Below are positions 42,801 through 51,740 of a stretch of 53,346 nt of DNA, piece after piece. This DNA is from a virus. Lineage: Duplodnaviria; Caudoviricetes. The DNA is taken from IMG/VR virus record IMGVR_UViG_3300037187_000021, positions 1 through 53,346 of that record. The stretch is one strand, 5' to 3'. The position numbers and the translations under genes are program-made. The notes beneath the pieces are model-generated. The model worked only from the letters and a program-made list of their open reading frames with translations, was not told the DNA's origin and made no database searches. Numbering within the stretch: position 1 is the stretch's first letter; each line of letters starts with the position of its first letter.

Positions 42801-43197
42801 CGACGGTGAAATTACGTTGCCGGTCGCCGTATCTCAGGGAGCGGTCGGCCTTCCCTATACGGCGCAATTCCAGAGCGCGAAGCTGGCCTATGCCGCGCAG
42901 GCCGGAACGGCGATCAACATGGTGAAGAGCGTCGATCATCTCGGCCTTGTACTGGCGAATACGCATTATCAGGGCCTGCAATACGGCCCGAATTTCAACG
43001 ACCTGGATAATCTGCCCCTGGTGGAAAGAGGGGCCGTGACGCCGGCAAATACGGTGTGGGAAGCTTATGACGAGGACACGTTTGAATTTATGGGCGATTG
43101 GAACCCTGATTCTCGCATATGCTTGCAGGCACAGGCGCCGCGGCCCTGCACGATTTTGTCGGCGGTGATCGGTTTGGAAACGGTGGAGCGTGTATGA
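39889..43197 (+). CDS. Tail nozzle (tail tubular protein B, gp12-like) with inserted domains
   Basis: F..G.ISP....R.DL, G....RPGT, YP....FYEGRL.F, V.R.IN....RYLE, VGLPY, P.P.TIL. Confidence 0.88.
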   Translation: MGQANALLYAFNRGVISPLALSRTDLKVQALSAEIQTNWMLRELGSMMLRPGTQYVDGIYDNNQAVHVPFIKALTDTAVIELTNGLMRVRVGEAIITRPTVATTVTNGNFTSNLNNWVSSDESGALSQWAAGPYMSLTGTEGGSRAIRSQAVALDAGDSGVQHALRIVISKGYVTLRVGTALGDDSYINEVLLAPGIYSLAFTPTGTFYIQLTANTTYASWVSSVNVEAAGAMTIPVPWLLADLSNVRSDQSEDEVYVACAGYQQYKIMRIGNPQSWGIATYRANDGPFNLINTDLSTTMYAGALTGDTTLNSSIPYFKPDHVGCLFRLTSTSQNTNDTIGGNNQATNYIEISGVGSTRQFAFQITGTWVGTIYLEQSVGAPGTWTPVANYTSNQNTTYNDGLDNQIIYYRFNFESSYTSGSAMVAMQFSSGGITGICRVTGYVSNKQVNVEVLKAFGAVGAGNVEATGYVTFSVNPSNNDTVTLNGVAWKFVTSGASGAETNIQGSLVATLAQLASDLNASGNSSLNVASYSASPTILYITYKTAGTAGNAYTLAASAATPSGATLTGGSATGGTSSTTSLWAQGQWSLIDGYPTADCFYEGRLWFFGNDNIDGSVSDAFQSFDDTVTGDSGPILRSIGSGPVENICWALALQHLLMGGEMKEFSVTSSYLNEALTPTDNNIKSPSTRGSARVAGVQIDTNGIFVQRGDPDNGNVAGVRLIQMSYQGNYTPVDYSSEDLSILSPEIISAGIVRLAVQRKIDTRIHCLLANGNVAVCVYDPIEKLKAFVLVEMTNGFVEDIFIMPGFIEDKVYYAVRRTINNETVRYLERWALESECQGGAVNKNVDSHVIFNNGSPTATITGLKSLIGQNVVAWADGIAYDGPFNVAQINSGTFETTLTNGGSGSANAAYIDEPLSGGSGTGATANLYTNASGAVYKYQITNYGTGYQVNDVLGQGFISGLQITISSLDVDGEITLPVAVSQGAVGLPYTAQFQSAKLAYAAQAGTAINMVKSVDHLGLVLANTHYQGLQYGPNFNDLDNLPLVERGAVTPANTVWEAYDEDTFEFMGDWNPDSRICLQAQAPRPCTILSAVIGLETVERV

Positions 43198-43562
43198 TCA
43201 AAGACGTCGAAATCAGAAGGGCGACTGCGGACGATATCCGGCTCTTTTATCCGGAAGGATCGCCGCTGACATGCTACGCATGGATAGCCCTTTACAAAGG
43301 TCAACCCGCATGTCTGGCGGGCGTGACGTTGCAAAAAAGAGCCATGTGCGTGGCGTTTTGCGATATGAAACCAGATATTAACGCTCCCAAGATAACCATC
43401 TGGCGCGCGGCGAAGGTCATGTTCGGCGAGATGAAAAAGCTGGGTTTGCCGATGGTCGCGGTTTATTGTGAGCCGAGTCCAGCAGGACAGGCTTTCGTGA
43501 AGCGGCTGGGGTTTGAGTATCTTTACACGCGCGATGGGCAAGAGGTGTTCAAGTGTCATTGA
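43194..43562 (+). CDS. GNAT-like protein (T7 gp13 position)
   Basis: IRRAT..D start and F...LGF end; follows the nozzle. Confidence 0.7.
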   Translation: MIKDVEIRRATADDIRLFYPEGSPLTCYAWIALYKGQPACLAGVTLQKRAMCVAFCDMKPDINAPKITIWRAAKVMFGEMKKLGLPMVAVYCEPSPAGQAFVKRLGFEYLYTRDGQEVFKCH

Positions 43563-44017
43563 TTATCAAAAAATGCAGCGTTGCCCTTGTCGAGGAGCAA
43601 TCTAATTTTTCAGATATGCTTAAAGAGTATGAGGAAGAAAGTGTCATCGAGGGTGCACCGCCAATACAAGCAAAGATGGAAATGTATCATGAACTTGAAA
43701 AGAGCGGCAATTTTCAAGTCTTTGGAGCTTTTGTGTATGACCAACTGGTCGGGTTCGTTACGGTCTTGGTGGCTGTACTCCCCAAGCGCGGCGTCCTCAT
43801 GGGCATCATTGAAAGTTATTTCGTCATTTCAGCATTTAGGGGCGGCACAAATGCCGGGAAAAAACTTCTGGATGAAGCAAAAAAATATGCCAAGGAAAGG
43901 GGCGCATCCTGTGTTTTGGTGACAGCTATCACAGGTAGCGATTTGGAAAAAGTTATGCCTCATTGGGGAGGGAAAGAAGTAAACAAGGTTTTTTTGGTGA
44001 GCTTGAAAGATGTCTGA
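43553..44017 (+). CDS. GNAT acetyltransferase
   Basis: LVGF, YFV...FRG...G..LL..A...AK..GA acetyl-CoA motif. Confidence 0.82.
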   Translation: MSLIIKKCSVALVEEQSNFSDMLKEYEEESVIEGAPPIQAKMEMYHELEKSGNFQVFGAFVYDQLVGFVTVLVAVLPKRGVLMGIIESYFVISAFRGGTNAGKKLLDEAKKYAKERGASCVLVTAITGSDLEKVMPHWGGKEVNKVFLVSLKDV

Positions 44018-44471
44018 ATTATCTGTCATCGAAAAACCGATTACCTCCATGACGGAAGTGGAGATTGACAAAGTGCGTCAACTCGAAAATGAACTTCTGA
44101 AAATGCCGCAAGTCAAAATCGCAACGCAGCATATCATTCATGCGGGGATGTACGCGCGAACGATCATTGTTCCGAAGGGAGTCGTTTTGACTGGTGCGCT
44201 GATGAAAATTCCGACGCTCCTTATCATACAGGGCGACTTTCTTCTTTTCGCCGGAGATAAAACGATTACATTAAACGGTTATCATATATTTACAGGAGCG
44301 GCCATGCGTAAGCAGGCTGGCGTTGCTTTGAGCGATACCTTCGTCACGATGATATTTCCGACCAAGGTAAAAACGGTCAAGGAGGCTGAGGAAGAATTTA
44401 CCGATGAAGCTGCGGGACTTTTTTCGCGCTACGATGACGCGATAAACCACGTCAAGATAACGGAGGAATAA
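44010..44471 (+). CDS. Cupin-like protein
   Basis: H....GMYAR.I..PKG....G...K......I..G. Confidence 0.72.
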   Translation: MSELSVIEKPITSMTEVEIDKVRQLENELLKMPQVKIATQHIIHAGMYARTIIVPKGVVLTGALMKIPTLLIIQGDFLLFAGDKTITLNGYHIFTGAAMRKQAGVALSDTFVTMIFPTKVKTVKEAEEEFTDEAAGLFSRYDDAINHVKITEE

Positions 44472-45017
44472 ATGTCCGGCGGCATGAGCACTGCAACAAT
44501 GGTTGGAATCGGCATGACGATTGCCAGTACGGCAGTTACGGCGCTGGCTAGCGCGCAACAGGGGCGCGCTCAACAAGTAGCAATGAATTATCAGGCCGCG
44601 CAGGAAGACCAAAACGCCAATAATGCGACTGCCAGCGGCCAGCGCGCCATGATCGAGGCAAACAAAAAAACAGCGCTTGTCGAATCAAATGCAGTGGCAG
44701 CAGGCGCAGGGTCAGGGGGCACATCAACCGATCCTACGGTTTCTGCCGATCTGGATCTGATCGGCGCCGAGGGCAATTACCGGGCGCAGACGGCGCTTTA
44801 TGATGGCAACGCCAAGGCTCAGGCGCTCCGCAATCAAGCGTCTGCCGATGTCTTTCAGGGCAATATAGATAATCAGGCGGGACAGATAAAGGCCGGTACA
44901 TCGATGCTTGCCGGTGCGACGTCGCTATTCAATAAATATGGGACGTCGTTCAATTCTGATGATCCCTCTTTTGCAGATTCAATGGGCGGTAATATGGCCA
45001 TTGCTGCATTGCAATGA
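44472..45017 (+). CDS. Internal virion/ejection protein (gp14-like)
   Basis: Hydrophobic N-terminus, A/Q/G/N-rich helices. Confidence 0.75.
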   Translation: MSGGMSTATMVGIGMTIASTAVTALASAQQGRAQQVAMNYQAAQEDQNANNATASGQRAMIEANKKTALVESNAVAAGAGSGGTSTDPTVSADLDLIGAEGNYRAQTALYDGNAKAQALRNQASADVFQGNIDNQAGQIKAGTSMLAGATSLFNKYGTSFNSDDPSFADSMGGNMAIAALQ

Positions 45018-45028
45018 GAAGGTGATTT

Positions 45029-47200
45029 ATGGCTGGCGTTAAACTCCCCGATTATACCGCGTTAGGCCCGGCTCCCACGCCCGAGGCTCCGGATTCCGTT
45101 GCCCGTTACGATCCGAGCGCGCCGTATCAGGCAATGGCGGGACTTGGGGATCAGGCTCAGAAAAGCGTTAGCGATATTACCGACCTGTATAACAAGTCAC
45201 AGATAAACGATGTTTTCGCCAATCAATATGCGCCAGCCGTTCGGCAAGCCGCGACCGATTTTTACAGCCTTCAAGGCAAAGCGGCAATGGATGCTTTCCC
45301 CGCGTTTCAGCAAAAACTGGCTTCGCTGAGAGACCAATCTGCCAGTCAGTTTAACGGCGAATATCAGCTTCAGTTTAACGAGATGGCGAACAGCAAAGCC
45401 GAGAATGAATTGTGGCGCGCTGGAATGCACGCCGGGGAGCAGGGCAGGCAGTACATAGCTGCGACACAGGACGCTGTTGTCTCAAACCATCTTACGAATA
45501 TACAAAATGATCCGAGTACCTACGACACTGAATTGCAACATGGGAAAGTTGCCATTCAGAGTTATGGCGAACAGCCGTCCGTTTCTCAATCGCCGGATGA
45601 GATTCAAAAACATCTTAGTGATTTTGAACAAAGAGCGGCAGACGCAAAGTACACCACATGGATGCAGACTGATCCAATGGCCGCCTATGCCGACTATCAA
45701 AAAAACAAAGATACGCTTCCCGGCTACTCTCAGGTTAAGCTCGATGCGCAGTTCAAGCCATTGATCCGTGAAAATGCGGCTGACACGTTTACGAATAACC
45801 TGATGACCCAGATCAGCCAGAATTATGCGGCGAATGTTTCGCCGAACAGCGGAAAGCCCTTTCAGTTTACGATGGATCACGAAGGGGGATATGTCTCGAA
45901 CGATAGCGGCAAAGGGCCGACTAATTTCGGCATCAATCAGGAGGCGAACCCTGATGTCGATGTTCAAAATCTTACGCAGGATCAGGCGCGCAGCATTATT
46001 CAGACGAAGTACGCCAATGCGGTAGGCGCGGATAAAATGTCTCCCGCAATGGCCGAGGTCGCGGTCGATAGCGCCGTTAATATGGGTGTCGCAAAAACAC
46101 AAACTTTGCTTGCGCAAGCAAATAACGATCCTCAAAAACTGATCGATCTTCGCCGTCAGGAATATCAAAGGCTGGCGACCGCCGATCCTGCGAAATATGG
46201 GCCTTCGCTTGCCGGATGGAATGCGCGGCTTGACGATCTGCAAAACACGCTGCCGTCCCTTACGACAAACACGGCTCCGACTTCCGGCTATCAGACGCCG
46301 ACCGATTACATGGCGGCGCACAGAGAAGACTTATTGAATCAGGCGACGACATGGGCGCAGACAAATTTTCCGGACGATCCGCATATGGCGACCACCATGC
46401 GTGAGCGCGTCAACAATATGATAACCGGAAACGTACAGGCACAGACCGCGCAATATAAGCAGGATAACCAAACCGTTATGCGCGCCATCAATGGCGAAAT
46501 GTCGAACGGACAACCGCCGATGACCTTTCAGCAGCTTCGTGCCGTTCCGGGTGTCGCGCCTGTACTTGATCGTGTCGCCGTGCAGGATTCGAAATTCTAT
46601 GACGGTGTTGACAGGATGATCGGGCAAGTGCAGGCGCGGAACGTAACGACGAATAGCCCCAATGGATTCGATACGATCATGAGGGCGACGGAGCCGGACG
46701 ATGGTGCGCATCCGAATGCGATAGTCACTCAGGATCATCTTGATAAATTGCTCGGTAAAAGCGATGGCACCGGCATCAACATGAAGGACTATAACGACAC
46801 GAAACCCCTTATAGAATCATCGCAACCTTGGAAAGATTTTGTCGCGCAAGGCATGAACAATGTCGCGACGGCAAACGGCAATCTCGACGGCCAAGGGCAG
46901 CAGCGCGCGGTGGCGTGGTACAATCAGGCTTCGCAAGCGTATTCCAAAAACAAGGCTCTTGGCGATAAGGCTCTTCCGGATGCCGATCTTATTCAGAACA
47001 TAACCGATTCCGCTTTACCTCATCAGCCATCGCGCATGGAGCAGATTTCAAATTGGGCGAAGTCGTTAGGAGGTGGAGCACAAAATACCGCTACACCGCA
47101 GATTCCTGTTTTCTCCAATCCGACGGACCCGGAGTTTACAAAACTGCCTACCGGTTCGCAGTTCAAAACTTCTGACGGACAATTGAGGATCAAACAATAA
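45029..47200 (+). CDS. Internal virion protein with GH108-like lysozyme domain
   Basis: HEGGYV.D...PTNFGI.Q, LT...A..I....Y, D.AVN.G, GW..R. Confidence 0.85.
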   Translation: MAGVKLPDYTALGPAPTPEAPDSVARYDPSAPYQAMAGLGDQAQKSVSDITDLYNKSQINDVFANQYAPAVRQAATDFYSLQGKAAMDAFPAFQQKLASLRDQSASQFNGEYQLQFNEMANSKAENELWRAGMHAGEQGRQYIAATQDAVVSNHLTNIQNDPSTYDTELQHGKVAIQSYGEQPSVSQSPDEIQKHLSDFEQRAADAKYTTWMQTDPMAAYADYQKNKDTLPGYSQVKLDAQFKPLIRENAADTFTNNLMTQISQNYAANVSPNSGKPFQFTMDHEGGYVSNDSGKGPTNFGINQEANPDVDVQNLTQDQARSIIQTKYANAVGADKMSPAMAEVAVDSAVNMGVAKTQTLLAQANNDPQKLIDLRRQEYQRLATADPAKYGPSLAGWNARLDDLQNTLPSLTTNTAPTSGYQTPTDYMAAHREDLLNQATTWAQTNFPDDPHMATTMRERVNNMITGNVQAQTAQYKQDNQTVMRAINGEMSNGQPPMTFQQLRAVPGVAPVLDRVAVQDSKFYDGVDRMIGQVQARNVTTNSPNGFDTIMRATEPDDGAHPNAIVTQDHLDKLLGKSDGTGINMKDYNDTKPLIESSQPWKDFVAQGMNNVATANGNLDGQGQQRAVAWYNQASQAYSKNKALGDKALPDADLIQNITDSALPHQPSRMEQISNWAKSLGGGAQNTATPQIPVFSNPTDPEFTKLPTGSQFKTSDGQLRIKQ

Positions 47201-50200
47201 TGGACGGATGGGATGCAGTTTCGGCACCGGCTCCCGCACCAACCCCGGCTCCTCAACCCGGCAATTCATGGGATGCCGTTTCTGCGCCTGTAAAACCACC
47301 AGCTTTGCCGGACACGGCGCCTGTCACGGCTATGGTGCAACAGAATCTCGCCGCTCAACCCGCGCCCACTGATAATGCGCAGCCGCAAACCGATGCGCAG
47401 AAAATAGATACTGGTTTAGGTTTTCCAGCTACCACCGCATTAAAAGGCGGCGATGGTACATTGCCTCCCGATCAACGCACCGGACTTGTGCAAGCCTATA
47501 AGAATGGCACGGCGTCAACGGCTGGCGATTATATGCAGAGCGTGTTGCCTGCGGCGGCTCATGCGGCAGTAAGTCCGTGGCTCAATGTGGAAGAGCGCAC
47601 AGGGCGTGGTATTGTTAACACCGCAGGCTTGGCTGTCGGGTTTATACCGGATTCGATAGCGAGGTTGATGTATACGGGAGCGCAAGCTACGGGGATTATT
47701 TCAAAGGATATTTCAGTCGATGAGATGCCGACCGTAAGCGACGCATTCAAAAAAATTGGTGAGGCTGTTTTCCCAGAAGGTTCCCCTCAAAATCAAGTTG
47801 CGGCAAAGGTAGATCAGCTTGCTCCTATGGTTGGTTCAGTCGCTTTAGGGGGAGGAGCAACGCTCCCGGTCGCGGCATGGCGCTCTATGTATATGGGGGT
47901 CGCAGGACTGCTTGGCGGCGAAGCGCAGCAAAAAGCAATCGAATGGACAAAAGAGAATTTCCCTAATCAACCGTTCATTCAAGAAAGCGTATCTCAGCTT
48001 GTAAATTTCAGCGCCATGCTCGGCGTCGGAGTAGCGGGGCACGCATTAGAACCAGCAATTCCCGGCCATGCGGCATTGGCGCCCACCGTTGGCGAGGCAA
48101 TCGGCAAGCCAGATGACGCCGTGACGCCGCAGGATATTAATCAGCAGATCGCCAAGGGATTTGATGCGGCGAATCCGAAAGCGCAGGATTTTCAGGATGT
48201 TGCGAAAGTGATGGATTCTCACCCATTACCGGAAACAGGATTCACACGCTTTTATCACGGCGGCTCTCCATATGAAGGAGGTGAGCGTTGGTTAACTCCT
48301 GATCTTGAATATGCAAAAGGATACGCAGAAAAAAATAATAATGAAGATGCTTTCGTTCATTATGTCGATATATCAAATGACTCGCCATATCTAACTAAAA
48401 TTTTTGATGATACTGGTACTAATGTTAAATCGCCTTTTGCTCATTTTAATGCACCAGAAGAGATAGCTAAAAATTTAAAACCTTATACTGCTATTGATAC
48501 GGCCAACACTCTTCACCAAACCTATGCCGAAACCGGCGTGCATCCAGATCAGGTTTTCGAGGATGCGAAAGAAAATCCGAATATCGCGGCGGATATTCAG
48601 GCTGGAAAAGTGCCGGATGCTTATGCGGATTTAAAAGCGAATGCGGCTGGCGAAGTTCCTATTCCTAAAGGCGAGGGACCGCTTCAGTGGGATGAGCATG
48701 GCGTTCCGTTCCGTGAACCTATACCGGATCAACCGTTGCAGGCGAAGATTCCACCTGAACCGACGCGGCTTCTGACATGGATAAAACAGCAGGGCGGCAT
48801 CAATGACGAAACCGGCGATGTCGCGGCGAGTATCGGTGCCGCTAAAGAACGTCCCGGACTTATCAGCAAAAACGGCATGGCACCTGATGATCTGGCCTTG
48901 CGTGCGCAGGAAGCCAGATTTTTGCCTGAAGGCGAGAGGCCGGACACAAATGCGCTCTATGACGCGATTCGTGAAGATCATAACGGCACACCACAGTATT
49001 CAGAACGCGACACCAATGCCGCGCTCGATTATCAAACCGCATTAAATCGCAATGCGGAAATTGACAGGATTTCAAACGAGACAGGTATCGACACGAAAGG
49101 CGAAACGCATAATTCGTTTTGGGATAAAGTTGCCGATCATATGTCGCAGGAAAAGCAAGCTGAAGAAGTGCAGAGTATGACAGAGGCGCATGTCTCTGCG
49201 CTAAAAGAGGCTGAAGATGCTGCTAAGGCATATATGGAAAGCCGTGGCGAAGCATGGGAACCGAACGCCGAAAATCGAGGTCAACCCGCAACATTGGAGG
49301 AATTGGAAAATGAACGCGCAAAGGAAAATGCTGTTAGAGGGACTGAAACGCTCCCGCCAAGGGATGAGGGATCAAGACCTGCCGCCGGAGATCAGGGCGA
49401 AGTACAAGACGGCAGCGGACAAGGCGGACGCGGCTCTGAGCCTCCAGGAGGCGGTGAACCGCCGGAAAGCGCAGGATTCGGGGAACCAAAAGAAGGCCCG
49501 TTAAGCCGTCCTCCGGCCTTAAAAGACCCGCGCATGTTTGAAGATCAGCTTCATCAGCTTTCTACAAACATGACGGCTGATAAACTTGACATCATGAAGC
49601 GCGCCGAAGCGATGCCTGACCTTCCAAGCGAAGTTTGGGAGAAGCTGTACGCCTATGATGAAAACGATCCAAATGCGAAACTCACGCCTAAAGAAAAAGA
49701 CATATACGATGAGCATATAAAACCACTGGTAGAGTTGGACGATAAGCTCTATCAGCGACTTGAGGGTCTAGTAGGGTCGGTAGAACTCGGGGAAGACGAA
49801 GGGTTTTTTCAACGGGGTTACACGCCGCGTTATGCCAAAGGCCGCACACGTTCCTTCGGCGAAATGCTGGAGCAAGCAAAGAATGGCATTGTGGCGAGAT
49901 TCGGTGGCGCTGCTGGCCGTTCTATGCGCAAGACGGTCGATGCGCAAAAATCACGTCGCTATTATAACGCGGTCGATCCCGCGACTGGCGAAAAGAAACT
50001 TATCTATATCGACAAAGAGCATAACGTCGTTGCCTTTGATAAAGACGGGAAGGGATCGAAGATCGGGACGTTTCGCGCGGGTCAGAAGCTTGCGCCCGGT
50101 TCGGAAGTCGAAATTAAAGCTCCCGACCTTCTTGGCAAACTTCGCGGCAAGAGTTCGACATGGACGCTTGAAACGGCTCTGACAAGAGAAATCGAGGAAA

Positions 50201-51672
50201 ATACCAATCAGCGTTATCTAAAAAATGTTGCGGCAAACAGGCTCGATCTGACAGCAAAGCTCCAAGCCGCCGTCCGCAATGCCGAGTTTATCGAAGCGAT
50301 GAAATCATCGCCTGAATTTGACGATGTTGCGGTTCCTGTCGGGGGTCACAATAGCGTGATACCTGAAACCGACGGTCGCGCGTGGCGCACACCGAAGATA
50401 TTGCAATTCCGCAATTATTATATGGAGCCGAAACTCGCGGACGCTCTTGATGACTATGCGAGAAATACGCAACTGGACGGCGTTGGAGAATTTCTCAATA
50501 AGGTCGGTCGCCGGATGATGAACGTCATGTTTCTTAACCCGTTGCCACATATCGACAACATCTTCAATCACATGATTGTGCAGGGCGGCCTTGTCGGCAA
50601 TCTGTATCATCTGCCGTCAACGGCAATGAGTCTGCTGAAATCATTTAAGGATGTGTACAACGTCTCCGACGATTATATGGATAATCTGCGCGCCGGGGCT
50701 TCCCTTAAACATGCCGAGATGCTCACCAGCGATTTACACGCGAAGCTGATAGAAAAACTTGGGATCGACGCGCAGAAAGACCCTAAATCTTGGGACGCAA
50801 TCGCGCGCGCCTTCGGATACAATGACACCGGCACCATGCTGGGCCGCTTGGCTGGTGTGGGACAACGCGCCATGTGGTTCGCGTCTGACGTTATGACGAA
50901 TGCGCGCATGGAGCAGCAAAGAGAATTCGGTGAAACGAGGCCGGAGGCTATTGCCAATGTAGAAAAGCATATGCCGAATTATCGCGTTCCCGGACAGGTT
51001 CTCGGCAGTCGCGGACTGGCGCAGTTCTTGAAAAATCCCGTCACCACCATGTTTGGGAAATATGATTTTGGCCGCATAAAAAGTTATGCGTATTTGCTTA
51101 AGGAAGGGTTCGGCAAAGACGCAACCCTTATGGATCGCGCGAAATCTTTTGATCGCATGGCGATGATCGGCATGTACATGTACGTCATCTATCCAGCGTT
51201 GGATAAAGTATGGCAGGAAATTACGGGAAATAAAAACGCCAGCGTTGTGCGCTCAGGCGCAACGACGATTCCGCAGATTGTTTCAGATGTTGCAAGCGGA
51301 AAGAAAAGCGTCGTCGATGCGGTTCAGTCTGCGCTTCCCATCGGGATTCCGTTGCAATTTGCTTCCGACTATCAGACAGGAAGATACGCATGGAATGGAG
51401 AGCCGATCATCAATCAATCGGACGTCAATAATCTCCGGCCTCAAGCGGGTTATGATGCCCTCAATTACCTTGGCAGCAAACTGTCTTATATCGGGCAAGT
51501 CGGAAATGTCGCGCAGGGCAAGATGACCGGAAGCCAGATGGGATACGGGGCGCTTGGTGTCAAAACTCCCACGGACAAGCAAATACAGGAACGTCAGTTC
51601 TATAAGAATCGAGAGGATAAAAAGGCCGCACAAAGAGCCACAAGGCTCGAAAGGCAGCGACAAGGCGAATAG
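47200..51672 (+). CDS. Large internal virion/ejection protein (gp16 position), polyvalent-protein-like
   Basis: 1490 aa, last gene of the ejection block; helical with hydrophobic segments. Confidence 0.82.
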   Translation: MDGWDAVSAPAPAPTPAPQPGNSWDAVSAPVKPPALPDTAPVTAMVQQNLAAQPAPTDNAQPQTDAQKIDTGLGFPATTALKGGDGTLPPDQRTGLVQAYKNGTASTAGDYMQSVLPAAAHAAVSPWLNVEERTGRGIVNTAGLAVGFIPDSIARLMYTGAQATGIISKDISVDEMPTVSDAFKKIGEAVFPEGSPQNQVAAKVDQLAPMVGSVALGGGATLPVAAWRSMYMGVAGLLGGEAQQKAIEWTKENFPNQPFIQESVSQLVNFSAMLGVGVAGHALEPAIPGHAALAPTVGEAIGKPDDAVTPQDINQQIAKGFDAANPKAQDFQDVAKVMDSHPLPETGFTRFYHGGSPYEGGERWLTPDLEYAKGYAEKNNNEDAFVHYVDISNDSPYLTKIFDDTGTNVKSPFAHFNAPEEIAKNLKPYTAIDTANTLHQTYAETGVHPDQVFEDAKENPNIAADIQAGKVPDAYADLKANAAGEVPIPKGEGPLQWDEHGVPFREPIPDQPLQAKIPPEPTRLLTWIKQQGGINDETGDVAASIGAAKERPGLISKNGMAPDDLALRAQEARFLPEGERPDTNALYDAIREDHNGTPQYSERDTNAALDYQTALNRNAEIDRISNETGIDTKGETHNSFWDKVADHMSQEKQAEEVQSMTEAHVSALKEAEDAAKAYMESRGEAWEPNAENRGQPATLEELENERAKENAVRGTETLPPRDEGSRPAAGDQGEVQDGSGQGGRGSEPPGGGEPPESAGFGEPKEGPLSRPPALKDPRMFEDQLHQLSTNMTADKLDIMKRAEAMPDLPSEVWEKLYAYDENDPNAKLTPKEKDIYDEHIKPLVELDDKLYQRLEGLVGSVELGEDEGFFQRGYTPRYAKGRTRSFGEMLEQAKNGIVARFGGAAGRSMRKTVDAQKSRRYYNAVDPATGEKKLIYIDKEHNVVAFDKDGKGSKIGTFRAGQKLAPGSEVEIKAPDLLGKLRGKSSTWTLETALTREIEENTNQRYLKNVAANRLDLTAKLQAAVRNAEFIEAMKSSPEFDDVAVPVGGHNSVIPETDGRAWRTPKILQFRNYYMEPKLADALDDYARNTQLDGVGEFLNKVGRRMMNVMFLNPLPHIDNIFNHMIVQGGLVGNLYHLPSTAMSLLKSFKDVYNVSDDYMDNLRAGASLKHAEMLTSDLHAKLIEKLGIDAQKDPKSWDAIARAFGYNDTGTMLGRLAGVGQRAMWFASDVMTNARMEQQREFGETRPEAIANVEKHMPNYRVPGQVLGSRGLAQFLKNPVTTMFGKYDFGRIKSYAYLLKEGFGKDATLMDRAKSFDRMAMIGMYMYVIYPALDKVWQEITGNKNASVVRSGATTIPQIVSDVASGKKSVVDAVQSALPIGIPLQFASDYQTGRYAWNGEPIINQSDVNNLRPQAGYDALNYLGSKLSYIGQVGNVAQGKMTGSQMGYGALGVKTPTDKQIQERQFYKNREDKKAAQRATRLERQRQGE

Positions 51673-51740
51673 ACATTAACCTTCCTTAACCTACCATCCC
51701 TTGTTGTCTTTACGGCCCTTTAATGGTAAATGGGATTCCC

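Noticed and set aside
51676-51690. CtrA box upstream of the fibre gene (TTAA-CCTTCC-TTAAC)
   Set aside because: Spacer is 6 bp rather than the 7 bp of the TTAA-N7-TTAA consensus
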